A stretch of DNA of 64,000 nucleotides, from assembly GCA_965649055.1 (NCBI GenBank), contig CBFGJG010000004.1:7654-71653 (forward strand). The letters are read 5' to 3'. Below are positions 48,686-58,519 of this stretch, one piece after another. Within the stretch, counting starts at the first letter, position 1; the number at the start of each line of letters is the position of its first letter. Made by a program: the position numbers and the translations under genes. The stretch is from a candidate division WOR-3 bacterium. GTDB taxonomy: Bacteria; Hydrothermota; UBA3072; B12-G15. The notes under the pieces were generated by a model. That model searched no databases and was not told the origin of the DNA. It saw nothing but the letters and a program-made list of their open reading frames with translations.

Positions 48686-51384
48686 TACTGTTATTTCTTT
48701 TGATGAATCCTTTACAGGATTTTAAAGTTGCTAAGGGATTGTTCGATGATGGGATGTATGAACTTGCAGAAAAGGAATTAAAAAATTTTATCGTTAACTA
48801 TAAAGATAGCGAATATGCAAAAGAAGCAGCATTGCTTTACTTGAAAGCACTTTACGCCCAGGAAAAGTATGAAACTATAATAGGTGAGAGTAAAAAACTA
48901 ATACTTGATTATCCGGAAAATAGGGAAGAAATCCTTATAATAAAGGGAAAAAGTGAGATTAAAATCAATAGATTTAGTGATGCAGAAAGGACATTCAACC
49001 AGTTACAGGACAGAAAGAAAAAATATTCAATGATCGGTGATATGTATTATGGAAAGGGTGATTATAAAAATGCAATCATATATTATCAGAAACTAAATGA
49101 TGATTATGGTAATTTTTCTATCGGGTGGTGCTACTATAAATTAAAAAGATGGGATGATGCAATGAGATATTTCAAAATGGTGAAAGAAAAAAAATATATT
49201 GAAGAGTCCGAATATATGATTTCCAAGATTAATATTATTAAAACAGGAAAGACTGATGAGTTAATAAAATTTTTAAAGAACTATCCAAAAAGTAAATTCA
49301 GAGCTAACGCACTTCTAACACTCGGAGAATATTACGAAGATAAGAACATACAGGAATCACAAAACTATTATATCAAAGTTGTTAATGAAAAACTTGAATA
49401 CTCAGATTATGCACTTTATAGAATAGCACTAAACTATTTTAAGAGTGAAAAATATGACTCTTCACTTTATTATTTTAATCTTGTAGAACCAACATCAAAG
49501 TATTTTGGAGATTGCCTGTATTATATTGCAAGAATAAATTCTTTAAAAGGTGAATATGATATTGCAATAAATTTATTCAAGCAGGTGGCTAATGATTATA
49601 AGGAATTAAGGGAACAGAGTATATTCAGGATTGCTGAAATATATAAAAAGAAAGGAGAAATAGATAAAGCTGTTGAAAATTTCAAGATTGTAACAGGTGA
49701 ATTAAAAACAGGTGCTAATATAGAAATAGGAAACATATTCCTGTCAAAAGGCCAGTTCGACAGTGCTTTATACTATTTTTCGTTAAGTGATGATGATAAG
49801 ATGGTTTTTTTAAAGAGTATAACATATTTTAAAATGGGAAATTACGATGAGGCTATTTCAAACTGCCAAAAAATAATAAAGAGATCAAAAGACACAGAAT
49901 TAGTTTTAAAGTCAAAACTCCTTCTTGGAGATACCTATCTTGAAAAGAAAAGTTATGATGAGGCAATCAATTTTTATACAGAGGTTTTAAATAATAATAT
50001 GAGAATCCTTTATCCTTCAGCACTTGAAGGATTGGGATGGGCTTATTACGGGAAGAAAGATTACAATGCTGCATTCAATTACCTTGACAGGTTATCAAAA
50101 GAATTCCCGGATTATCAGGGAAAAGGTAAAATATTTCTCACTATGGGCGATATTGCGTATTCAATGAAAGATTATGAAAGGGCTATTGAATATTACAGCA
50201 AAGTTAAAGGAGAGGAAGAACCTGAATCTTTTTATAAAAAAGGGCTTGTTCTCTTTGATAAAGGTGATTACACAGGTTCAATAAAAATATTGAATGAACT
50301 TAGGAAGAAGTTCCCATTATATGAAAAATCAGATGATGCATTATATCTTATTGCACTTGCTTCAAGGAAGGCAAACGATATTTACGCATCTATAAACAAT
50401 ATACGTGAATTATTAAAGATGTCTGTATCTAAAGAATTAAAGGCTAAAGCAACCCTACTTCTGGCAGACAACTTTTTTGACCAGGGAAGATTTGATTCTT
50501 CTCTATACTATTATGAAAGATATACTTATATTTTCACACAACCACAAAAAGAGATGGTTCCCGGAATAAGAGGTATAGTTTATTCTGTTTATAAATTGAG
50601 GGGAGAGAAAGAGTTTGAAAATATAATTAATGATTACATGAGAAGATATAAGGAAACAATAATATATCAGGATATCGCAGTTATGTTTGCAAGGCTCTAT
50701 CAAAATATTGGTAATTCAAAGAAGGCAATTGAGTTACTTGAAGGCATAAATACAATAGATTCGAAAATAGCACTTTTAGATGTATACAAGAAAACAGGAA
50801 ATCAAGAGAACCTGATAAAATTATTGAATGAACTTTTGACAGATGAAAGGACTAAGGAAAAGGCATCTTTTGAACTGGCAAGTTATTATTTTAAAAGAAA
50901 AGAATTTTCAAAAGCAATTGAATATTCAAAAAATATAAATAAACCTGATATTAACTATATCTATATTATGTCACTTATTGAGAATAAAAAGATAGAAGAA
51001 GCACTTGATGAACTTGAAAAAAGAAATACAGAGGATTATAAAGAACTCCTGAAAGGTATTATATTAATCAGAAAGGGGGACGAAACCGGTGTTCAATACC
51101 TTGATAATGCTATGAAGAATGAAAATACAGCACCAATTTCCATTTATGAAAAAGCAGTATATCTTATTGGTAAAAATAAAGACAACGATGCAAAAGAGAT
51201 ACTTTTGAAAATGAGATATCTATATCCTGAAAGTGAGTATTATTCACCATCTATGATTATACTGTCAAAGATATTGATAAAGGAAGGAAAAAAATCAGAA
51301 GCAAGGAAAATTCTTGAAGAAATTATAGCAAGAAAGGATGGATATGAAAAAGATGCAAAAGCTATTCTTGATAGTATTCGTTAG
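48661..51384 (+). CDS. Large tetratricopeptide-repeat protein (secreted/periplasmic?)
   Basis: Many W/Y-x-x-A-x-x-Y TPR-like repeats along its length. N-terminal hydrophobic segment. Confidence 0.7.
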   Translation: MSFGGGKMILLFLLMNPLQDFKVAKGLFDDGMYELAEKELKNFIVNYKDSEYAKEAALLYLKALYAQEKYETIIGESKKLILDYPENREEILIIKGKSEIKINRFSDAERTFNQLQDRKKKYSMIGDMYYGKGDYKNAIIYYQKLNDDYGNFSIGWCYYKLKRWDDAMRYFKMVKEKKYIEESEYMISKINIIKTGKTDELIKFLKNYPKSKFRANALLTLGEYYEDKNIQESQNYYIKVVNEKLEYSDYALYRIALNYFKSEKYDSSLYYFNLVEPTSKYFGDCLYYIARINSLKGEYDIAINLFKQVANDYKELREQSIFRIAEIYKKKGEIDKAVENFKIVTGELKTGANIEIGNIFLSKGQFDSALYYFSLSDDDKMVFLKSITYFKMGNYDEAISNCQKIIKRSKDTELVLKSKLLLGDTYLEKKSYDEAINFYTEVLNNNMRILYPSALEGLGWAYYGKKDYNAAFNYLDRLSKEFPDYQGKGKIFLTMGDIAYSMKDYERAIEYYSKVKGEEEPESFYKKGLVLFDKGDYTGSIKILNELRKKFPLYEKSDDALYLIALASRKANDIYASINNIRELLKMSVSKELKAKATLLLADNFFDQGRFDSSLYYYERYTYIFTQPQKEMVPGIRGIVYSVYKLRGEKEFENIINDYMRRYKETIIYQDIAVMFARLYQNIGNSKKAIELLEGINTIDSKIALLDVYKKTGNQENLIKLLNELLTDERTKEKASFELASYYFKRKEFSKAIEYSKNINKPDINYIYIMSLIENKKIEEALDELEKRNTEDYKELLKGIILIRKGDETGVQYLDNAMKNENTAPISIYEKAVYLIGKNKDNDAKEILLKMRYLYPESEYYSPSMIILSKILIKEGKKSEARKILEEIIARKDGYEKDAKAILDSIR

Positions 51385-52516
51385 CATTGTTGTCTTTGGC
51401 CAGTATCTTGATATACCTGATGTTACTGTTTATGGTGAAAAAGAGATAAACATTATTCCACCAAAGAAAAGCACACTTTTTTTTGTTGTAAAACCAGATT
51501 CTTTCGTCCTGAAAGATAAAGAAATAGAAATATCGGAAGGAAAGGATATAGAAAAATACGAGATGAAAAATTTTGGTTTTTACACAAAATTTTCCATTGG
51601 TTCTTTCTTTGATACTTCCCTTGTTTCTTTTGATGAAAGATTCAGTTTCTTTGCTCAAAAAGAGTATCTGCCTATACTTTTTGATGCCTTCATAAGAAGG
51701 GATTTTAAGTTTTATGATTATGATGTTTCAGGTAATCTTTCTTTCCATCCATACGATGGACATTCTTTTTTCGCGGAATACTCTAAGTTAAAATCAGATT
51801 CTATAGAAGAAATATTTGGTTTGAACTATCTTTTTTCAAATAGATTTGGAGATTTCAAGATAGGATTATTTACAGGAAATAGTGATATATACATTCTCTC
51901 TAACCTTAATTTTAGATTTAGAAATTATAACATTTCATTCAATATTTTCGACCTTTTCTTTCCTGATTCAAATTTTTTTCTTTCATTATCATACGATTTA
52001 AATGAATTTTCAAGAATAGGATTTTGTTTTAAAAAATATCCGTTACCGGTCTTTACATACATTATACCTGTAAATGATTTTTACCTAAAAGGAGAGTTTT
52101 CAAGTAGCAGGTATCCGTTTCTTCAAAATATTATTATATCGTATTTTGAACAATTTTTCATATGCGATAAATACAGAATTTCATTGGGGTATAAATTATT
52201 AAAATCTGGATATGCAGCCATTTTTATGAATGATAGTGTATTCCATGGATTTTCATTCTCAATATATAAGCCTTTTAACTTTAATATATATTATATATTT
52301 GATAATAAAATCTTCATAAATTCCGATATGGAATTAAATCTGATGGACAGATTCATTTTTACACTCCTTTTTTCATATCGAAATGGTGTAAATGTAAAGG
52401 CAGAGGCTGAATTCATTATAAATGAAATGCTCTCTCTTTTTATTGAATCCATATCATCATATGAAATTGACTCTTATAATATTAGAACAGGATTAAAAAT
52501 AAGGAAGGTTTTCTAA
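51338..52516 (+). CDS. Putative outer-membrane beta-barrel protein
   Basis: Signal peptide 'LFLIVFVSIVVFGQ', alternating amphipathic strands rich in F/Y/S, and a C-terminal '…KIRKVF' aromatic terminus. Confidence 0.45.
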   Translation: MDMKKMQKLFLIVFVSIVVFGQYLDIPDVTVYGEKEINIIPPKKSTLFFVVKPDSFVLKDKEIEISEGKDIEKYEMKNFGFYTKFSIGSFFDTSLVSFDERFSFFAQKEYLPILFDAFIRRDFKFYDYDVSGNLSFHPYDGHSFFAEYSKLKSDSIEEIFGLNYLFSNRFGDFKIGLFTGNSDIYILSNLNFRFRNYNISFNIFDLFFPDSNFFLSLSYDLNEFSRIGFCFKKYPLPVFTYIIPVNDFYLKGEFSSSRYPFLQNIIISYFEQFFICDKYRISLGYKLLKSGYAAIFMNDSVFHGFSFSIYKPFNFNIYYIFDNKIFINSDMELNLMDRFIFTLLFSYRNGVNVKAEAEFIINEMLSLFIESISSYEIDSYNIRTGLKIRKVF

Positions 52517-52517
52517 T

Positions 52518-53243
52518 ATGGAAAGAAGGATACTTTTATCAATTGCTGGTTTTGACCCGACAGGGCTTGCAGGTATATTAAGGGATATTCAGGTTTTTAA
52601 TTCTCTTGGTTTTCATGGTTGCGGTATGGTAACATCTTTAACCATTCAAAGTTCAAAAAAAGTATTCAAAAAAAAGGATATTCCACAAAAATATATATTT
52701 GAATCACTTTCAAAAATAAACCTTGATATATCCGGGATAAAAATAGGTATGTTAAATAATGAGAAGAGTGCTATGGAGGTCTTAAAATACATTGAACATT
52801 CAAGGATTAAAAATATAGTATTAGACCCTGTCCTTTTTTCAACTTCAGGTTACAGGCTGATAAACGAAAAGGGTATTAAATTTATGAAAGAAAGAATTTT
52901 TCCTTTTGTTTTATCTATTACCCCCAACCTTTTTGAGGCAAAAGCCCTTACCGGTGAGAAAAAAATAGAGAAGATTTTAGAAAAACTTAAAAGATTAATC
53001 AGTGGTTTTGTGATACTTAAAAATATCGATGGGGTCGATATATTTTTTGATGGTTCAAATCTTGTAGAGATAGAACCCTATCATAGGTTGAAAGATGCAA
53101 AGATGCATGGTTCTGGATGTGTTTTTTCTTCTGCATTGCTATCGTATCTTTCAAAAAATATGAATCATTTACAGGCTGCAAAAATGGCAAAGAAATATAC
53201 TGAAGAAGAAATAATTAGTTTTTTAAAGAAACCTGTTGACTAA
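52518..53243 (+). CDS. thiD: Hydroxymethylpyrimidine/phosphomethylpyrimidine kinase-family (ThiD/PdxK-like) protein
   Basis: 'SIAGFDPTGLAGILRDIQVFNSLG', 'ITPNLFEAKAL' and 'HGSGCVFSSAL'. Confidence 0.75.
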   Translation: MERRILLSIAGFDPTGLAGILRDIQVFNSLGFHGCGMVTSLTIQSSKKVFKKKDIPQKYIFESLSKINLDISGIKIGMLNNEKSAMEVLKYIEHSRIKNIVLDPVLFSTSGYRLINEKGIKFMKERIFPFVLSITPNLFEAKALTGEKKIEKILEKLKRLISGFVILKNIDGVDIFFDGSNLVEIEPYHRLKDAKMHGSGCVFSSALLSYLSKNMNHLQAAKMAKKYTEEEIISFLKKPVD

Positions 53244-53282
53244 AATTTATGTTGTTTTAATATATAAAAAAGAGAGGTAAAT

Positions 53283-53753
53283 ATGAAAATAGAGTTTATA
53301 AAAAAGCTTATTGAATTACTTGAAAATAGTAATATTAATGAGATAGAGATAAAGAGGTTCGGGACATCTCTAAGAATAGTAAAATTAAAAAATCAGATTA
53401 TCACAAATTTTCAGGAAACACCAAATCCGGTGAAGGTTCAGACACATCAGGTGAAAGAAAAGGAAGAAAAGGTAGAAACGAAGAAAGAAGAAGTAAAAGA
53501 GAAGAAAGATTATCTTATGATTAAATCTCCGATGGTTGGAACATTTTACAGGGCACCGGCACCAGATGCCCCACCTTTTGTTGAACTCGGTGATATTGTA
53601 AAACCAGGCCAGACTGTTTGTATTATTGAAGCTATGAAGATAATGAATGAGATAAAATCAGAATTTAGCGGTAAAATTGTTGAAATACCTGTTAAAAATG
53701 AACAACCGGTTGAATTTGGGCAGGTTTTATTCCTTCTTGAACCATTAAAATAG
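53283..53753 (+). CDS. accB: Acetyl-CoA carboxylase biotin carboxyl carrier protein
   Basis: Biotinyl-lysine motif '[10 protein letters not shown]' in the C-terminal lipoyl-like domain. Confidence 0.9.
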   Translation: MKIEFIKKLIELLENSNINEIEIKRFGTSLRIVKLKNQIITNFQETPNPVKVQTHQVKEKEEKVETKKEEVKEKKDYLMIKSPMVGTFYRAPAPDAPPFVELGDIVKPGQTVCIIEAMKIMNEIKSEFSGKIVEIPVKNEQPVEFGQVLFLLEPLK

Positions 53754-53761
53754 GAGGGAAA

Positions 53762-54856
53762 TTGGAGCTTAGACCCATTCTTGAAAAGATGGTAAAGATG
53801 GATGCTTCAGACCTGCATTTAAAAGTAGGTCTTCCACCTATTTTAAGGGTGCATGGAAGACTTACCCCTTTAAATATGCAGCCGCTTACCAATGATGACC
53901 TGAAGGAAGCTGCTGCTTCACTTATGACAAAACAACAACAGGAAGAATTTGTAAAGAGGAAGGAAGCTGATTTTGCTGTAGGATTGAAAGGTCTTGCAAG
54001 ATTCCGTGTGAACTGTTATGTCCAGAGGGGAAGTATTGCAATCGCGATGAGGACAATACCACACGTGATAAGGTCAATTGATGAGTTAAACCTTCCTCAA
54101 ATCCTGAAAGATATTTCCCTTTATCCAAGAGGGCTTATACTCGCAACGGGAACAACCGGTTCAGGTAAGTCAACAACACTTGCTGCAATGATTGAATACA
54201 TAAATCAGAATGTCTCGAAACATATCATAACAGTTGAGGACCCTATAGAGTATCTTTTCAGGGATAAAAAATCAGTGATTTCTCAAAGAGAGGTAGGAAC
54301 AGATACATATTCTTTTGCAGATTCACTGAGGTATATTTTAAGGCAGGACCCTGATGTTATAATGATAGGTGAGATAAGGGACGTTGATACAATGGATACT
54401 GCTCTAAAAGCAGCTGATACAGGCCATCTTGTTCTTTCAACATTACACACCTTAAATGCTGCTGAAACAATAAACAGGATTATAAGTTTTTATCCACCAC
54501 ACCAGCAACAACACATAAGGGTTTTACTTTCTGCAACACTTGTAGCTGTTGTATCATTGAGACTGCTCCCGCTTAAAGATAAAACTGGAATGATACCTGC
54601 AACAGAGATTCTTATCTCAACACCTACAATAAGGGAATATCTACTTGACCCTGTTAAAACATTGAAGATTCCACAGGCAATTACGGAAGGCAGTCAGTAT
54701 GGAATGCATTCATTTGACCAGTGTATAATGGATTATTATAAAAGGGATTTGATTGATTATGAAACAGCTATAAACAATTCGACTAATCCTGATGAATTCA
54801 AGATGAAGTTGAAAGGAATAGAAACATCCACTGAAGCAGGTTGGGGCGGGGCTTGA
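53762..54856 (+). CDS. pilT: Type IV pilus retraction ATPase PilT (TTG start with GGAGGG RBS)
   Basis: '[10 protein letters not shown]', 'ITVEDPIEY', '[16 protein letters not shown]' and '[10 protein letters not shown]'. Confidence 0.9.
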   Translation: MELRPILEKMVKMDASDLHLKVGLPPILRVHGRLTPLNMQPLTNDDLKEAAASLMTKQQQEEFVKRKEADFAVGLKGLARFRVNCYVQRGSIAIAMRTIPHVIRSIDELNLPQILKDISLYPRGLILATGTTGSGKSTTLAAMIEYINQNVSKHIITVEDPIEYLFRDKKSVISQREVGTDTYSFADSLRYILRQDPDVIMIGEIRDVDTMDTALKAADTGHLVLSTLHTLNAAETINRIISFYPPHQQQHIRVLLSATLVAVVSLRLLPLKDKTGMIPATEILISTPTIREYLLDPVKTLKIPQAITEGSQYGMHSFDQCIMDYYKRDLIDYETAINNSTNPDEFKMKLKGIETSTEAGWGGA

Positions 54857-56196
54857 GTATAAAAAAATTACTTGTTGCAAACAGAGGTGAAATAGCGGTA
54901 AGAATTATAAGGGCTGCAAAAGAACTCGGAATAAAGACTGTTGCAGTATTTTCTGAAGGTGATGAGAATTCCCTCCATATATTCCTTGCAGATGAGTCCG
55001 TAAGAATAGGTCCAGCAAACCCAAAGAAAAGCTATCTTAATATACCAATGATAATAAGTGCAGCTGAGGTTTCAGGAGCTGATGCAATCCACCCGGGATA
55101 TGGTTTTCTTGCTGAAAATCCCGTTTTTGCAGATACATGCATTGATAGTGGTTTTATATTCGTTGGTCCTTCCCCTGATGCAATAAGAAAAATGGGTGAT
55201 AAATCAGAGGCAAAGAAGACAATGAAGCAAGCTGGTGTTCCTGTTGTCCCGGGGAGTGAAGAACCTTTAAAAAATGTTGAGGAGGCAATAGAGATTTCAA
55301 AAGAGATTGGTTTCCCTGTAATTCTAAAGGCAGTGAGCGGTGGTGGCGGAAAGGGTATGAGGGTTGCTTACAATGAAAAAGAACTTTATGCTAATTTTAG
55401 AATGGCTTCTTCAGAGGCAGAAGCAGCATTCGGTGACGGAAGAATATATATAGAGAAGTATATTGAGAACCCAAGACATATTGAGATTCAGGTCATGGGT
55501 GATATGATGGGTAATGTTGTTCATCTTGGAGAAAGAGAATGTTCAATCCAGAGAAAGCATCAAAAATTACTCGAAGAGGCACCTTCCACCATTGTGGATG
55601 AGAAAATGAGGGAAGAAATGGGAAGGATAGCTGTGAAAGGTGCAAAGAAAATAGGATATTATTCAGCAGGAACAATGGAATTTATTGTGGATAAGAATAA
55701 AAATTTCTATTTTATGGAAATGAACACAAGAATACAGGTTGAACATCCTGTTACTGAAATGGTGACAGGTTTTGATCTTGTAAAAGAGCAGATACTGGTT
55801 GCAATGGGAGAGAAACTGAGTTTTACTCAGAAGGATATAAGATTTAAAGGACATGCTATTGAGGCAAGGATAAATTCTGAAAGTCCCGAGAATGGTTTCA
55901 TACCCAGTGTCGGAAAGATAAATTCAATTCATATACCGGGTGGTAATGGTGTAAGGATTGACACACATCTTTATCATGGATACAATATTCCACCATATTA
56001 CGATTCCCTTATAATGAAGATAATTACACACGGAAGGGATAGGAATGAGGCGATTCTGAGGATGAAAAGGGTTCTTGATGAAATAATTATAGATGGTGTC
56101 CAGACAACGATAGGACTTCATAAAAAAATTCTTGAAAACGAAAACTTTCTAAAAGGTGAAATAAATACAAATTTTCTACAAACTATGGGTATATAA
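54841..56196 (+). CDS. accC: Acetyl-CoA carboxylase biotin carboxylase subunit
   Basis: '[17 protein letters not shown]', ATP-grasp 'GGGGKGMR' and '[14 protein letters not shown]'. Confidence 0.95.
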   Translation: MGRGLSIKKLLVANRGEIAVRIIRAAKELGIKTVAVFSEGDENSLHIFLADESVRIGPANPKKSYLNIPMIISAAEVSGADAIHPGYGFLAENPVFADTCIDSGFIFVGPSPDAIRKMGDKSEAKKTMKQAGVPVVPGSEEPLKNVEEAIEISKEIGFPVILKAVSGGGGKGMRVAYNEKELYANFRMASSEAEAAFGDGRIYIEKYIENPRHIEIQVMGDMMGNVVHLGERECSIQRKHQKLLEEAPSTIVDEKMREEMGRIAVKGAKKIGYYSAGTMEFIVDKNKNFYFMEMNTRIQVEHPVTEMVTGFDLVKEQILVAMGEKLSFTQKDIRFKGHAIEARINSESPENGFIPSVGKINSIHIPGGNGVRIDTHLYHGYNIPPYYDSLIMKIITHGRDRNEAILRMKRVLDEIIIDGVQTTIGLHKKILENENFLKGEINTNFLQTMGI

Positions 56197-56792
56197 TGTC
56201 TATAATAAGATTTGGTTCAAGGGAAATAACCTGTAAGATAGTTTACTATGGACCCGGAAGGGCAGGAAAGACCACCAATCTCCAGTATCTTTATTCGAGG
56301 ATTCCAGCAACAAGAAGGAGCGAACTTGTATCCCTTGCAACGGAAACAGATAAAACGCTTTTTTTCGATTATATGCCAATAGATGTAGGCAATTACAGGG
56401 GTTTTACAACAAAATTTCAGCTTTATACAGTTCCGGGACAGGTTTTTTATGAGGATACGCGAAAACTTGTTCTAAAAGGAGCTGATGGTATCGTTTTTGT
56501 AGCAGATTCTCAAAGAGAAAGATTAGAAGATAATATTTTCAGTCTTGAGAACATGTTTCAAAATATGGAAGAAAATGGAATAGATATAAACGATACCCCT
56601 ATCGTTCTACAATATAACAAGAGGGACATGAACGATATTTGCACTATAGATGAGTTACAGGAAATATTAAATAAGAATTTCCTGTATGAATACTATGAGG
56701 CAATAGCAATAAAGGGAGTGGGTGTTCCTGAAACTTTTAAGGCAATAGGAACACTTGTTCTTAAAAATTTAAGGGAGAAATTAGGTCTATGA
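56196..56792 (+). CDS. mglA: Ras-like small GTPase MglA (mutual gliding-motility protein A family)
   Basis: 'CKIVYYGPGRAGKTTNLQYLY', 'LYTVPGQVFYEDTRKL' and 'GIVFVADSQRERL'. Almost co-linear with Myxococcus MglA hallmarks. Confidence 0.9.
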   Translation: MSIIRFGSREITCKIVYYGPGRAGKTTNLQYLYSRIPATRRSELVSLATETDKTLFFDYMPIDVGNYRGFTTKFQLYTVPGQVFYEDTRKLVLKGADGIVFVADSQRERLEDNIFSLENMFQNMEENGIDINDTPIVLQYNKRDMNDICTIDELQEILNKNFLYEYYEAIAIKGVGVPETFKAIGTLVLKNLREKLGL

Positions 56793-58519
56793 TTGAGGAT
56801 ACAGGACAATTTGATGATTTAAGGGTAGTTTTATCAAAACCCGAAAATTATGGTGTTGTTTATATTTACGGGGTAAACCAGGAAATTCTTTCGAATATAG
56901 AATATTTTATAAATTCTTCAAAGATAGTATTTTTAAAAATAAATGCAGAAAAATTAAAAGAAATTGACTTTTCGGGTATTGAATTACCAAAAGTTGTTCT
57001 GCTCCAGGATATTGAATATTTTGTAAGGAATCCTGAGGAGGAAAAATATTTTATCACATTAATTGAGAAATGCCTCAGGGAGAAAAAACAACTATTGATA
57101 ACAGGTATGTTTTCACTATCGGAGATAAAATTATCTGATAACGCAATGTTATATCTAAAACATATCTTCACGATTAAATTTGAACATAAAGACAAAAAAG
57201 GTGATCAGTTCACTGAAATTATAAAGACAATAGAACCTGATATACCTGAAATAAAACCCGAAAACAATATTGTTGAGGAATTGAGAGAAGAATATAAGGC
57301 AAAAATGTATATTTGGAAGATGAAGGGGTTTAACACATCAAGGATTGAAAGTGTTATTGATGGTAATATAGAGGCGATAACGAGTGAATTCATTTCTTTC
57401 ACAGCAGATATACAGAGGCTTATTGAACTGCAGAAAAGGTATGGAATATTGGAACTTCACATGATACCCGAGAAGGAAAAAATAGATATAGAGAAAAAAT
57501 TGTTTGACCCTGATAGCATATCAGAATTAGAGTACAAGATTTCTTTCTATGAGAAGAGGGCAACATTAAGAAACCAATTTAAATTAATGCTCTCCTGGGA
57601 TGAAAGAATGAATAGTGTTGAAGTTGATGAGAGCAATTCACAAATAGTTAGATTTATAACAAGCTTCTCACTTGAACCATATAAATATAAAGGTTTGAAC
57701 CTTATAAGGGGCGATAGAGGATTTGGTAAATCCACATACCTTAATATTACAGGAATACAATTATTTGAAAATTTTAGAAATCTTGTTATAGCATTTATAA
57801 CACCACATTCAATATTAAATATTGATGATTTTCTAAATGACCTTTCATATTTTGATATCGCACTTTTCGATGATATTGATAAGGTAATTTTTAGATATCA
57901 AAAGATTTTTTCAGATGATATACTCAGAATAATTTTTGACATGCCTGTCCTTGCTACTTTTACAAGCAAAGGATTTATCGATACTGTAAAACATTTTGAA
58001 ATAAAGAATAATTTTGAAATTAAAGAACCCGGGATTAAAATAAAAAGAAAGATGATAGAAAAAATAACAAACGATAGCAAGATTATTGAAATGGCAAACG
58101 AAGAAGTCCAGAAGATAAAAGGCGGTTTTTATGAAATAGAAAACCTGATATCAAATTTATATTACGAAAAGAAAGAAGAATTACCCTCAAAGGAAATAAT
58201 TGAAGAAAAAAAGGAAGTCGTTGAGATTAAGACAGAAGGTGAAGAAACGATAACAGAAATTCCAGAAAAAATAGATTTTAAAGAAGAAATCAAAGAAGAG
58301 ATAAAAGAAGAAATAGAAGAAAAATCGGAAGTTTCTGAAAAAATTATTGAAGAGAAGAAAGAAATTCAGGTTCCAAAGATCGAAAAGATAGAAGAAGAAT
58401 TACTCGAAGAAAAAGTAGCACCTGAAGAAACTAAAGAAGTTAAGAAAATAGAGTTTGTTAGCGAAGGTATAGTAATGGATATAGAAAATTATAGTTTAAG
58501 GATACAGAAGGAGCTGTAA
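56789..58519 (+). CDS. Protein with two tandem DnaA/Hda-like AAA+ modules (the first with a degenerate P-loop, the second with Walker A 'GDRGFGKST') and an E/K-rich repetitive C-terminus. Start overlaps the mglA stop (ATGA).
   Basis: The second module reads 'GDRGFGKSTYL…VIAFITPHS…DIALFDDIDKVIFRYQKIFSDDILRIIFDMPVLATFTS…NNFEIKEPGIKIKRKMIEKI'. It parallels DnaA domain III 'GGTGLGKTHLL…VVYMHSERF…[40 protein letters not shown]…GLTVAIEPPELETRVAIL'. The first module repeats the D-I-x-F…F…L…Q-L-L-I-T pattern without a Walker lysine. Confidence 0.5.
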   Translation: MIEDTGQFDDLRVVLSKPENYGVVYIYGVNQEILSNIEYFINSSKIVFLKINAEKLKEIDFSGIELPKVVLLQDIEYFVRNPEEEKYFITLIEKCLREKKQLLITGMFSLSEIKLSDNAMLYLKHIFTIKFEHKDKKGDQFTEIIKTIEPDIPEIKPENNIVEELREEYKAKMYIWKMKGFNTSRIESVIDGNIEAITSEFISFTADIQRLIELQKRYGILELHMIPEKEKIDIEKKLFDPDSISELEYKISFYEKRATLRNQFKLMLSWDERMNSVEVDESNSQIVRFITSFSLEPYKYKGLNLIRGDRGFGKSTYLNITGIQLFENFRNLVIAFITPHSILNIDDFLNDLSYFDIALFDDIDKVIFRYQKIFSDDILRIIFDMPVLATFTSKGFIDTVKHFEIKNNFEIKEPGIKIKRKMIEKITNDSKIIEMANEEVQKIKGGFYEIENLISNLYYEKKEELPSKEIIEEKKEVVEIKTEGEETITEIPEKIDFKEEIKEEIKEEIEEKSEVSEKIIEEKKEIQVPKIEKIEEELLEEKVAPEETKEVKKIEFVSEGIVMDIENYSLRIQKEL

